From positions 1,844-65,843 of the forward strand of contig JBDHJR010000007.1 in the NCBI GenBank assembly GCA_039586815.1: a DNA stretch of 64,000 nt, in the 5' to 3' direction. This DNA comes from Gemmatimonadota bacterium (lineage in GTDB: Bacteria > Gemmatimonadota > Gemmatimonadetes > Gemmatimonadales > GWC2-71-9). Below are positions 43,956 through 52,421 of this stretch, one piece after another (the stretch's first letter is position 1; the number at the start of each line of letters is the position of its first letter). The notes beneath the pieces are model-generated. The model ran no database searches. It saw nothing but the letters and a program-made list of their open reading frames with translations, and was not told the origin of the DNA. Both the position numbers and the translations under genes were made by a program.

Positions 43956-46814
43956 TTACTGGTACCCGAAGAGCATGGAGTACACGATCAGCGCAATCAA
44001 CGTGAGCCCGACTCCGAGCGCCGCAAAAGCGAAGATCCGGAACCCCAGCTCCACCCGCTTGGGGTAGGGCTCGACCAGCCACTCCTCCAGCTTACCCTCC
44101 GCCACCAACTCCTCGTACTCTCCGGGCTTGTCAGCCTTCAGCTCCTCGATGGGCACTCGACCCGTGAAGATCACCGGGTCCATCGGGAATTTGTCGGGCC
44201 GGAAGTGCGTGTTGAAGAAGTGCACGGTGAAGATGAACGCCACCGCCAGCAGCTTCACCGACCACCCGGGCATGATGATCGTGAACAGCTCCGGGAACCA
44301 GAGCAGCAGGCCCGTCGAGCCGATGATGAACATCCCCCAGAAGACCGCGAAGTAATCGAACTTCTCCCAGTAGGTGTACCGCCCGTACTTGGGCCGCGGA
44401 CCACGGCCGAAGAACCACCTGATCGACTGCCCGAACTCCCGGAGGTCACGGGAACCGAAGATGATGGAATCCCGCGAGGTGATGTACTGCCACCACGTCA
44501 GTCCAGCGCTCTTCTTCTGCTTGCGCACGTCCCACAGGTGCACCAGGAACGTCGCGATGAGCGCCACTGCGCCGACACGGTGCAGCACCCCCGTTGTCTG
44601 GAACCCACCGGCCAGCCGCGCGGAAACCTGCGCCCACCCCATGTACGAGAACTTCAGCACCATCCCCGTGAGGGCCAGTATGAAGAAGCTGAGCAGCATC
44701 ACACCGTGCAGCGATCGCTGGAACACGGTGAACCGGCGGTACAGCGGCTCCCCGGGCTTCGCGTGGTGCCGCTTTCGCGCCTCCGGCGTGCGCACCAGCC
44801 GGAACAGCCACGCCAGGGTGTGCAGCGTGGCGAAGGTCAGAGTACCGACCAGCAGTGCCGTCATGCCCCAGAAGGTCCAGAACAGGAACGGGTATTTCTC
44901 CGGATCGTGGTGCGTGGCGTGTGTGAGATACCCCGTGAAGCGGATGTTGGCGCCAGCGTGGCACCGTGAGCAGGTCTCCACCACGTTGCGGCGGCTCAGC
45001 AGCGAGGTCGGCTCGCTGGTGGGCAGGATGTTGTGGGTCCCGTGGCAGTCGTAGCACTTGGCGGCCGCCTCGTCCCCCAAGCGCGAGACCTTGCCGTGGA
45101 ACGTGTCGAAGAAGGTCTTTGCCTCGTCCTCGTGACACCGGCCGCACTGGTTCATCATGAGCAGCCGGAAGTCGCCCCGGTCTACCCGCCTGATGGTGTG
45201 CGACGTGTGGCAGTCCTCGCAGGTGGGGAGCGAGCGGTGGTCGTCGGGCTCTCCCACGTCCGGCGAGTGGATGCTGGTGTTGAAGATCTCCTCGATGCCG
45301 TGATGGCACGTACCGCAAGTCCCGGCGAGGTTGTCGGGGTGCACACTCGAGTTGGGGTCGTCCGCTGGCAGCTCGCGGTGCGCCGTGTGGCAATTGCTGC
45401 ATGTGGCGGTCACAACCAGTCCGCTCTCGAACAGCCCCTTGCCGTGGATGCTCATCTCGTAGCTCTCCACGGGGGGCGGGATGTCCATTGTGCGCGCCAG
45501 GGCTTCGAGCGGCTCCGGTCCAGCGGCTTCGATGTCCTCCATTAGGTGCGCCGACTCGATGCGCACCGCAGCGGTCTGGCCCGTGCGGTGGCACTGCGCG
45601 CACAGCGCCGGCACGTTGCGGGCGAAAGTCGGCGAGGCCGGGATCCGCTTGCCCAGGGTAGCGTGCTGGTCGTGGCAGTCGAGACACACCGGTGCGTCAG
45701 GATCACCTTCGGCGGCCAGCCGGCCATGCATGCCGGCCGTGTACTCCCCGACCTCGTCCTCGTGGCACGCGGCGCAGTCCACCCGCTGGGTGATCGCCGC
45801 GCAGGGTCGCGATAGCCTGGGGCTCACCTCAGCGTGGCACTGGGCACACGGTGTCTCCGCGTGGCTCGAGGTGAAGTACGCTTCCTCGTTCACGTAGAGC
45901 GACACCGTGTCGCCCCGCGCCACTCCCACGAGCTCCTCGTCACCGTGGCATCGCAGGCAGTTGGCGTTGGCCGAGCCAGCCTCGTAGAACACCCTGCGAA
46001 TACGGTGCGGCGCATGGCAGTCCACACAGGCGGGGATCTGGTGAGGCTCCTCCTCCCATAGCCGCCCCTCGATGACCTGCACGTGCACCTGCTCGATCTG
46101 CGCGTGGCACTGCGTGCAGGTTTCCGCGACGTTGTCGTGGTGGATGCTCGAGCGGGCGTCGGTGTGCGGTAGGATGAAGTGCGACGTATGGCACGAGGTG
46201 CACACCGCCGTCACGGTGAGCCCCTGCTCGTACAGCCCCGAGCCGTGGATCGACTGGGAGTAGTTCTCGAGGATGCTGTCCTGGGGAATCTGCAACCGCC
46301 GCGAGACTGGCGTGCCCTCCTGGTGGCACTCCCCGCACAGGAACGGGATGTTCATCACCCGCGTGGGCGAGCGGGGGTCGCGGTGGGAGCGTATGTCGTG
46401 CGTGCCGTGACAGTCGACGCAGCTGGGGGCAAGCGGGTCGGCACGGGCTGCCGCCTGCCCGTGCAGTGAAGCGTCGTGCTCCTCCGCCTGCTGGCGGTGG
46501 CACAGGCTGCAGTCGACCGCCGGCACATCGTCGGGATGCGGGAAGCTCAGCCCGGTGTGGCACATGACGCAGAGCATCCCGGTCTGCCCGTGCGCGGATC
46601 CGCCGAACTCTTGCTCGTCCACGACGAGCTGCGCAGCGTCGGGGCGCCCCTCGAACAGCGCGGGGTTGGTGTGGCACATCAGGCAGGGTTGATTGTCCTG
46701 TGCCACTGCGCCCGCAGCCACACAACAGAAGAAGGCGGCGAGCAGCACACCCCTCCCAACCACCCACACCCGATGGTTCCGGCTGCTCGACCGCCACCCA
46801 TGATGGCTGCGCAT
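43956..46814 (-). CDS. CbcL-like fusion: 19-heme periplasmic cytochrome c domain + C-terminal diheme b-type (HydC/FdnI-like) membrane domain
   Basis: ATG at 46814 (MRSHHGWRSSSRNHRVWVVGRGVLLAAFFCCVAAGAVAQ). I counted 19 CxxCH motifs from CLMCH to CSRCH. A 4-5 TM domain follows with conserved His residues (…FQRSLHGVMLLSFFILALTG…, …GVLHRVGAVALIATFLVHLWD…, …FIFTVHFFNTHFRPDKFPMD…). Confidence 0.85.
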   Translation of the reverse strand: MRSHHGWRSSSRNHRVWVVGRGVLLAAFFCCVAAGAVAQDNQPCLMCHTNPALFEGRPDAAQLVVDEQEFGGSAHGQTGMLCVMCHTGLSFPHPDDVPAVDCSLCHRQQAEEHDASLHGQAAARADPLAPSCVDCHGTHDIRSHRDPRSPTRVMNIPFLCGECHQEGTPVSRRLQIPQDSILENYSQSIHGSGLYEQGLTVTAVCTSCHTSHFILPHTDARSSIHHDNVAETCTQCHAQIEQVHVQVIEGRLWEEEPHQIPACVDCHAPHRIRRVFYEAGSANANCLRCHGDEELVGVARGDTVSLYVNEEAYFTSSHAETPCAQCHAEVSPRLSRPCAAITQRVDCAACHEDEVGEYTAGMHGRLAAEGDPDAPVCLDCHDQHATLGKRIPASPTFARNVPALCAQCHRTGQTAAVRIESAHLMEDIEAAGPEPLEALARTMDIPPPVESYEMSIHGKGLFESGLVVTATCSNCHTAHRELPADDPNSSVHPDNLAGTCGTCHHGIEEIFNTSIHSPDVGEPDDHRSLPTCEDCHTSHTIRRVDRGDFRLLMMNQCGRCHEDEAKTFFDTFHGKVSRLGDEAAAKCYDCHGTHNILPTSEPTSLLSRRNVVETCSRCHAGANIRFTGYLTHATHHDPEKYPFLFWTFWGMTALLVGTLTFATLHTLAWLFRLVRTPEARKRHHAKPGEPLYRRFTVFQRSLHGVMLLSFFILALTGMVLKFSYMGWAQVSARLAGGFQTTGVLHRVGAVALIATFLVHLWDVRKQKKSAGLTWWQYITSRDSIIFGSRDLREFGQSIRWFFGRGPRPKYGRYTYWEKFDYFAVFWGMFIIGSTGLLLWFPELFTIIMPGWSVKLLAVAFIFTVHFFNTHFRPDKFPMDPVIFTGRVPIEELKADKPGEYEELVAEGKLEEWLVEPYPKRVELGFRIFAFAALGVGLTLIALIVYSMLFGYQ

Positions 46815-46958
46815 CCTCGTCACCACTCGTCCCCGCCTAGATTCGATCGAATCGTGCCCCCGCCAAGATACACTTGAATGCCGCACCGAGAGCCGGCCCG
46901 GTAGATCCTAAAGAATTCCTCACCCGAATTTGTAAGTCGGTGCCAGGTCACCCCTTAG

Positions 46959-46998
46959 GCGAGGGGCGGGAGGTACCTAGGCACCTCCCGCCCCTCGC
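46959..46998 (-). terminator. Perfect 16-bp GC-rich stem-loop between the two CbcL-like genes
   Basis: GCGAGGGGCGGGAGGT-ACCTAGGC-ACCTCCCGCCCCTCGC lies 19 nt downstream (minus strand) of the stop at 47017. There is no U-tract, so it may be a terminator, attenuator or mRNA-stability element. Confidence 0.55.
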
Positions 46999-47016
46999 TA
47001 CTCCACGTGCGCTACG

Positions 47017-49008
47017 TCAGTTCTTCGTCCGCACCGTTCCGCCTGATTCTCGCGTCGGCGTGTTCTGCGCTGCGGCGGCGTTCTCATCAACGCCTTGAGC
47101 CGAGGCCGCGGGAGCCAACTCCTCGTCATACCACTGCGCGTGGTGGTGCATCACGAAATGCTCCGGCAAGCGGCCCGTTAGCCATGCCCAGTTCATGGGG
47201 TATGCGTCGGGGTGCACGATCACGAAGAAGAGGTGCCACACCAGGATTGCAAGCGTGGCGAGCCAGGCCTCGTAGTAGTGCACCGTCTGCGACGCCGGCA
47301 CGATCCACCACGGCAGGATCTTCACCGCCGCGACCGGGAACCAGAGCACGAATCCGGTCACCACCATGACCACCGTGCCCCACACCAGCGCCCAATACTC
47401 CGCCTTCTGCGTGTAGTCGTAGCGCCCGAAGCGCGGGTGCTTCCTCGTACGCCACGTGTAGTACCGCAGGTACTGCGTCGCGTCGGTGGCGTCGCGCCAC
47501 TGCGGCAGCATCGCCTTGAACTCTTCCTTGCCCCGCCGCGTCATCATGACGTACAGCACGTGGCTCACCGCCACCGCGATGAGCACGACCGCGGCGATGC
47601 GGTGCAGGTTGGAGCGCACCGGCTCGTTCATGCCGATGGCGGTGAGCCATTGGACCCACCACGCGTCGGGGAACCGCAGCGCAAACCCCGTGACCACCAG
47701 CAGGATGAAGGCCACGGCGTTGACCATGTGTTGCGCCACCTGAGTACGATCGAGCCGCGTGATGTAGCCCACCCGCCGTTCCTCCCGGCGGCGCTCGATC
47801 AGGTAGTAGTTGAACACCACGGCGTTGTGCAGCGCCATGATCCCGATCGTCGCCGCGATGATCACGTAGTAGATGAGGCGGATCACGTTGTTGATCGGGT
47901 TGGCCGCCATGGAGGCCGTGATGTGGGTGTAGCTGGTTGCGAACTCCGTGTCGGCATCCGGATGGCACTGTCCGCAGGTGGCCGTCAGGTTGGCCGGGTG
48001 GATCGTGGAGGCCGAGTCGGACGCCGGCAGCACTGCATGGGTGGTGTGGCAGCTCACGCAGGTGGCGGCGCGCTCATAGTCGCGGGCCGTCGCCCAACCG
48101 TGGTAGCTGTCCTCGTAGGTGCCAATGACGCCACCCTGCATGCCATACTTGGCGATGATCTCCGGGTCGCCGTGGCACTCGCCGCACGTCTCGGTCGCGA
48201 GCCGGGCGTCGTAGGTCCGGGCGTGGGGGTCGTCGTGGGACAGGATCAAGTGCTCCCCGTGACAGTCCGTGCACGTGGGGCTGTCGCCCAACCCCGCCCG
48301 CAGCGCCCGCCCGTGAATCGAGGCATCGTAGAGCCGCTCAATTTCGTCGTGGCATTGGCCGCACGTGGAGGCGACGTTCAGGTGGTTGATCTTGGACTCG
48401 GGGTCCAGCGTCCCCCGCAGATCGTGCACGCCGTGGCAGTCGGTGCAGCGGGCGGCATCTCCGTCACCGTTGCGGCCGTGCACTGACTGGGCGTACGACC
48501 CGTAGATCTGGGGCAGGCGGACGGCCTCTTCGGTACGCAGGCCCGCCTCGCCGTGACAGGCGGCGCACATTATTGGGACGTTCTCGTGGTGAGTACGCGC
48601 CTCCGGATCCGAGCTGCGCCGGATGTCGTGCGCCCCATGACAGGAGGCGCAGGTCGGAGCTGCGGCAACCCCGCGCGCCAACGCGTAGCCGTGCAGGCTC
48701 TCGCTGAACTCCTGTTCCACGCCGCCGTGACACCCTCCGCAGCTCGGTGGCGGGGCGTCGGCAGGATGGGGGAACCCCGTGTAGCCCTGGTGACAGAACA
48801 CGCACTGCAAGCCAAGCGCCCCGTGCACGGAGGATGTGTACTCCTCCTCCGTGACCACCATCTGCGTCGGGTCCTCCAGCCCGGAGAACATGGCCACGTC
48901 GCCGTGGCACATGAGGCAGAGTTGGTTGTCCTGGGCCGCGGCGGGCTGTGCCGCTATGAATACGCTGGCGATCGCCAGCGAGAAGATCGTCAAGGGACTC
49001 GCGCGCAT
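47017..49008 (-). CDS. CbcL-like fusion: 11-heme cytochrome c domain + C-terminal diheme b-type membrane domain
   Basis: ATG at 49008 (MRASPLTIFSLAIASVFIAAQPAAAQ). 11 CxxCH motifs: CLMCH, CVFCH, CGGCH, CASCH, CAACH, CTDCH, CGQCH, CTDCH, CGECH, CVSCH, CGQCH. The TM domain has His residues at …VAQHMVNAVAFILLVVTG…, …LHRIAAVVLIAVAVSHVLY…, …TVHYYEAWLATLAILVWHLFFVIVHPD…. Its N-terminal 60 aa are clearly paralogous to those of 43956-46814. Confidence 0.85.
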   Translation of the reverse strand: MRASPLTIFSLAIASVFIAAQPAAAQDNQLCLMCHGDVAMFSGLEDPTQMVVTEEEYTSSVHGALGLQCVFCHQGYTGFPHPADAPPPSCGGCHGGVEQEFSESLHGYALARGVAAAPTCASCHGAHDIRRSSDPEARTHHENVPIMCAACHGEAGLRTEEAVRLPQIYGSYAQSVHGRNGDGDAARCTDCHGVHDLRGTLDPESKINHLNVASTCGQCHDEIERLYDASIHGRALRAGLGDSPTCTDCHGEHLILSHDDPHARTYDARLATETCGECHGDPEIIAKYGMQGGVIGTYEDSYHGWATARDYERAATCVSCHTTHAVLPASDSASTIHPANLTATCGQCHPDADTEFATSYTHITASMAANPINNVIRLIYYVIIAATIGIMALHNAVVFNYYLIERRREERRVGYITRLDRTQVAQHMVNAVAFILLVVTGFALRFPDAWWVQWLTAIGMNEPVRSNLHRIAAVVLIAVAVSHVLYVMMTRRGKEEFKAMLPQWRDATDATQYLRYYTWRTRKHPRFGRYDYTQKAEYWALVWGTVVMVVTGFVLWFPVAAVKILPWWIVPASQTVHYYEAWLATLAILVWHLFFVIVHPDAYPMNWAWLTGRLPEHFVMHHHAQWYDEELAPAASAQGVDENAAAAQNTPTRESGGTVRTKN

Positions 49009-49195
49009 CGTCTTCCTCCACTCCAACCCGGCCATCGTGTGGCAACCACCCATTCCCATCGCCGCTCGTCCATCTCACCGTTGGGATATATGGCCCGACG
49101 GCGCATGAAAGATAATGGGAACCACAGCTCCCGAAGGGACGAATTACCTGTTAGGAGGTCTTACCCGACCAGAGGAGTCGCGATTTCGTCGCGCC

Positions 49196-51184
49196 TTACC
49201 CACCACCCAATGGCGCGACGTCGTGACACAGGTGGCACTCCGCGGGAGCGTTGTGCTCCACCCGGTCGGCGTGGCAGATGGTGCACACCTGGCGGGACCA
49301 CTCGGTGATCCCCTGCGCCTTGTCGCCGTGGCATGTGCTGCACTGCGAGTGCCCGAAAGCGAGCGCGTGGCGGTCCTGCACCCCGCCCCGGTGGCACGAG
49401 AGGCAGTCCGCCTCGGGCTGATGGTGCATGTCGTGGCACGCCACGCAGTCTACGCCCCCACCGCTCATGTTGGGCGCGGCGTGGCACATGCTGCACGAGA
49501 GCCCGGCATCCCGGTGCGGGGCGTGCGGGAAGTCGCCGGTCTCGGTTGCCACCGGCGCCTCGGGTGCGCCACCGGGACCCGCGTGGCACTCGGCGCAGTT
49601 GCGGGATTCGATCTGCGCGTGGTGGCACCCGACGCAGTCGGAGGGCGAGCTGAGCAGCGTCTTACCGTGATCGTCGAGCGGCGAGTGGCAGCTCGCGCAG
49701 TCGAGGCCGGCATCCAGCACGTGTCGTTCATGATCGAACGCGGTGCCGCGGAACGAAAGCTCGCTGCGCTCCACCCCCAGGTGACACTGCAGGCAGACGT
49801 TCTCGCTCACCCGCGGCCCGAGGTCCACCTGTGGCACCGCGTACGGGAGGCTGCCCGCGCGCACGGCTTCTTCCACCAACTCCACGCTCGCCCGCAGCAG
49901 CTCGTCGGCGTAGGCGATGTTGTGCGCCCCCTTACCGAGCTCGACGAACTCCACGTTCTCCCGGGCGAGCTCCAGCAGCGAATCCACCTGTGTTCGGGTG
50001 CGCACCTGGGCCGACCCGGCAGCCCGCACTGCCCCCTCTACCACACGCGACGCGAGCCGCACCTTGCGGTCCATCTCCTGCTGCCATGAGGGCAGGATGT
50101 TGACGTAGCGGATACCGTGACACGACAGGCACGACGCCTCGCCGGCGAACCGTACCGACTCGTGCGCGCTCACGCCGCGGAGCAGCTCGTGGCACCCGGT
50201 GCAGGAGACCCGGGCGAGGAACATGGAGCTCGGAGTGTCGTCGGATCCGTGACCGCCGATCCCCGCATACAGTTGTTGCTGCGCCTCGTGCACCCGTCGG
50301 TGGCAGGCCTCGCAGTCGAGTTGGGCTGTCTCGTTTAGTGAGAAGAGCTGATGCACGATCTCTGTGTGGCACTGGGTGCATTCCACGTTGTGCTCGGCGA
50401 TGTGCACCCGATGAACGAGCGTCGTGTTCTCGAACTCCTCGACGCGCTCCGGCCGATTGTGGCACGTCCAGCAGCGTTGCTCGTCGGCGTCCCCCGTGCC
50501 GCGCCGCACCTCATCATGACACGATACGCAAGAGACGAGGTCCTCCACATACTGCTCGTGGTCCACGACGAACCCCGCCGGCGAAACGACGCGTGGTGGT
50601 GCCGTGTGGCACGCTACGCAGCCCGCCACCGGCTCGTCTGCCTCGGCGGCCTTGAAGTGACACAGATTGCACGTCGTCTGCGTGACCGCGAGGTGCTGTC
50701 CCTGTACTATCTGGGAGTGGCACGATGTACAGCGTAGCTGCTTGCCGCGGCGCAGCTCGCCCAGGTGCTGGGTGTGGTCGAACCGCACCCCTCGGTAGTT
50801 CACCACGCCTTCGACCTTGCGCAGCGAGTGGCACCCCGAACGCAAGCAGGCGGCGTCCTCGATCTCGGCCCACGGCTTGGTGCCATAGGCCCCCGTCACG
50901 TACCGCGCTACCTGGTTGGCCGCCTGGAACTTGCCCATCGCTTCGGCCTTCACCCCTGGCGCGTAGTGGCACTTGATGCAGGGCACGTCGTTGTGGGAGG
51001 AGGTCGCCCAGGAATCGTAGTAGGGCTGCATGATGTGGCAGTTGGTGCAGAAGCCCGGCTGGGCGCTGTACTCGATGAACCCGACCGCCCCCACCGCCGC
51101 CAGGATCACCGCGAGCACGCCGATCTGAATGCCGATCTTCAGCGGCTTCGAGAGACGCTGGAGCTGCTCCGAGGCGCGTCGCAT
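49196..51184 (-). CDS. NapC/NirT(CymA/ImcH)-headed membrane-anchored multiheme cytochrome, 21 CxxCH + one CX4CH
   Basis: N-terminal TM helix (IGIQIGVLAVILAAVGAVGFI) is followed directly by CTNCHIMQPYYDSWATSSHNDVPCIKCH, the NapC/NirT quinol-dehydrogenase head. 19 further CxxCH motifs run along 660 aa. An additional CLRSGCH is present. Confidence 0.85.
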   Translation of the reverse strand: MRRASEQLQRLSKPLKIGIQIGVLAVILAAVGAVGFIEYSAQPGFCTNCHIMQPYYDSWATSSHNDVPCIKCHYAPGVKAEAMGKFQAANQVARYVTGAYGTKPWAEIEDAACLRSGCHSLRKVEGVVNYRGVRFDHTQHLGELRRGKQLRCTSCHSQIVQGQHLAVTQTTCNLCHFKAAEADEPVAGCVACHTAPPRVVSPAGFVVDHEQYVEDLVSCVSCHDEVRRGTGDADEQRCWTCHNRPERVEEFENTTLVHRVHIAEHNVECTQCHTEIVHQLFSLNETAQLDCEACHRRVHEAQQQLYAGIGGHGSDDTPSSMFLARVSCTGCHELLRGVSAHESVRFAGEASCLSCHGIRYVNILPSWQQEMDRKVRLASRVVEGAVRAAGSAQVRTRTQVDSLLELARENVEFVELGKGAHNIAYADELLRASVELVEEAVRAGSLPYAVPQVDLGPRVSENVCLQCHLGVERSELSFRGTAFDHERHVLDAGLDCASCHSPLDDHGKTLLSSPSDCVGCHHAQIESRNCAECHAGPGGAPEAPVATETGDFPHAPHRDAGLSCSMCHAAPNMSGGGVDCVACHDMHHQPEADCLSCHRGGVQDRHALAFGHSQCSTCHGDKAQGITEWSRQVCTICHADRVEHNAPAECHLCHDVAPLGGG

Positions 51185-51185
51185 C

Positions 51186-52421
51186 CTACGGCTTGGCTTC
51201 CCGCAACTTGAACCAGGCGAGCGCGATCACCGATAGCGCCAGGAACCAGACCGGAACGAGCAGCAGCTTGTGCTCCCACTGTTCCTCCGCGTGCGCCTCC
51301 GCCGTGGCCCGGATGATCCCCGTGTTCGAACGCACACGCAGCCCAAGATCTCTCAGCTGTTCGAGGTCCAGACTGTGCTGCACCAGCGCGACCTGGTTGT
51401 ATTCTGAGACGGCACTCTGGTAGCGGAAGCGCTCATCAGCTACCTCGTGACCCATCGCCACCATCTCATCGATGGCATCGGCCGCCTGGTGGAGCTCCTC
51501 CGTGGCTCGCAGCACTTGTTCCTGGATCTCCGCGCCCATGAGTCCCGGACCACTCTCGGCATCGTGACACCTTTGACACAGCGCGGCGATCGCGTCGAAC
51601 GGCGTGCGCTCGGTACCATGGTTGCTGTGGCATCCTAAGCAGCCCTGGAGCTCCCCGCTGCGTGCCGGCCCACCGTGCGGCCCCCGGTAGAACGCTCGCC
51701 CCAGAAGCTCGTGGCACTGACTGCACACGTCGGCGATCTGGTTGACCGCGGGCGGCAACGCAGCGTGCGAGCCGTGACACCCGATGCAGGTCGGCGCCGC
51801 AAAATTGCGTTGCTCGAACACGGCGACTCCATGGGCTCCGGTGCGGTAGCGCTCGAACTGATCGGTGGGCTCCCTGTACCGGGCCATGAGCTGCGCGTCC
51901 TCATGGCAGTTCCCGCACGTGGCCGGGATGTTCGTGGGGTGGACCTCGCTGCGCGCATCCTCCGGCGGCAGGATCAGGTGCGCGTTGTGGCAGTCGGTGC
52001 ACGTGGGCGCGGCGGCGTCGCCCTGTTCGAGAAGCAGTTGGCCGTGGCGACTGGTGCGGAACTCGGCGAGCTGGTCGGCCGCCAGACCGTACTGCCGCAT
52101 CTGGTTGGGGTCGGCGTGGCAGGCACTGCACAGTTGGATGGTCCCCAGCTTGCTGGGCGTTCCAACGAATCGCCCCTGATGCGCTGCCGGGGCCTCGTAC
52201 ACCGCCGTGTTGCCTCCATGACAGTCGTGGCACTTGATACCCTGCTCCGAGTGCACTCCGAGCGTGAACGATCGCCGTTTGTCGGCGTGGCAGACGATGC
52301 AGCCGTACACGGAGTCGTCCTGTGCAGCGAGTCTCTGAGCCGGGGGCACGGGCGCCGCGGTGGCGCCATCCGGCACCGCCCCCAAGAGGAGCACCAACCC
52401 CAGGACCGAGAGGGTCCTCAT
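51186..52421 (-). CDS. Nonaheme c-type cytochrome with C-terminal membrane anchor (paralog of 57711-58994)
   Basis: The ATG at 52421 shares one nt with the cytochrome b stop. Signal MRTLSVLGLVLLLGAVPDGATA. Nine CxxCH motifs (CIVCH, CHDCH, CSACH, CTDCH, CGNCH, CIGCH, CSQCH, CLGCH, CQRCH). A helical region and a C-terminal TM helix LLLVPVWFLALSVIALAWF follow. The 196-codon 5' extension in the track overlaps cytochrome b and is rejected. Confidence 0.8.
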   Translation of the reverse strand: MRTLSVLGLVLLLGAVPDGATAAPVPPAQRLAAQDDSVYGCIVCHADKRRSFTLGVHSEQGIKCHDCHGGNTAVYEAPAAHQGRFVGTPSKLGTIQLCSACHADPNQMRQYGLAADQLAEFRTSRHGQLLLEQGDAAAPTCTDCHNAHLILPPEDARSEVHPTNIPATCGNCHEDAQLMARYREPTDQFERYRTGAHGVAVFEQRNFAAPTCIGCHGSHAALPPAVNQIADVCSQCHELLGRAFYRGPHGGPARSGELQGCLGCHSNHGTERTPFDAIAALCQRCHDAESGPGLMGAEIQEQVLRATEELHQAADAIDEMVAMGHEVADERFRYQSAVSEYNQVALVQHSLDLEQLRDLGLRVRSNTGIIRATAEAHAEEQWEHKLLLVPVWFLALSVIALAWFKLREAKP

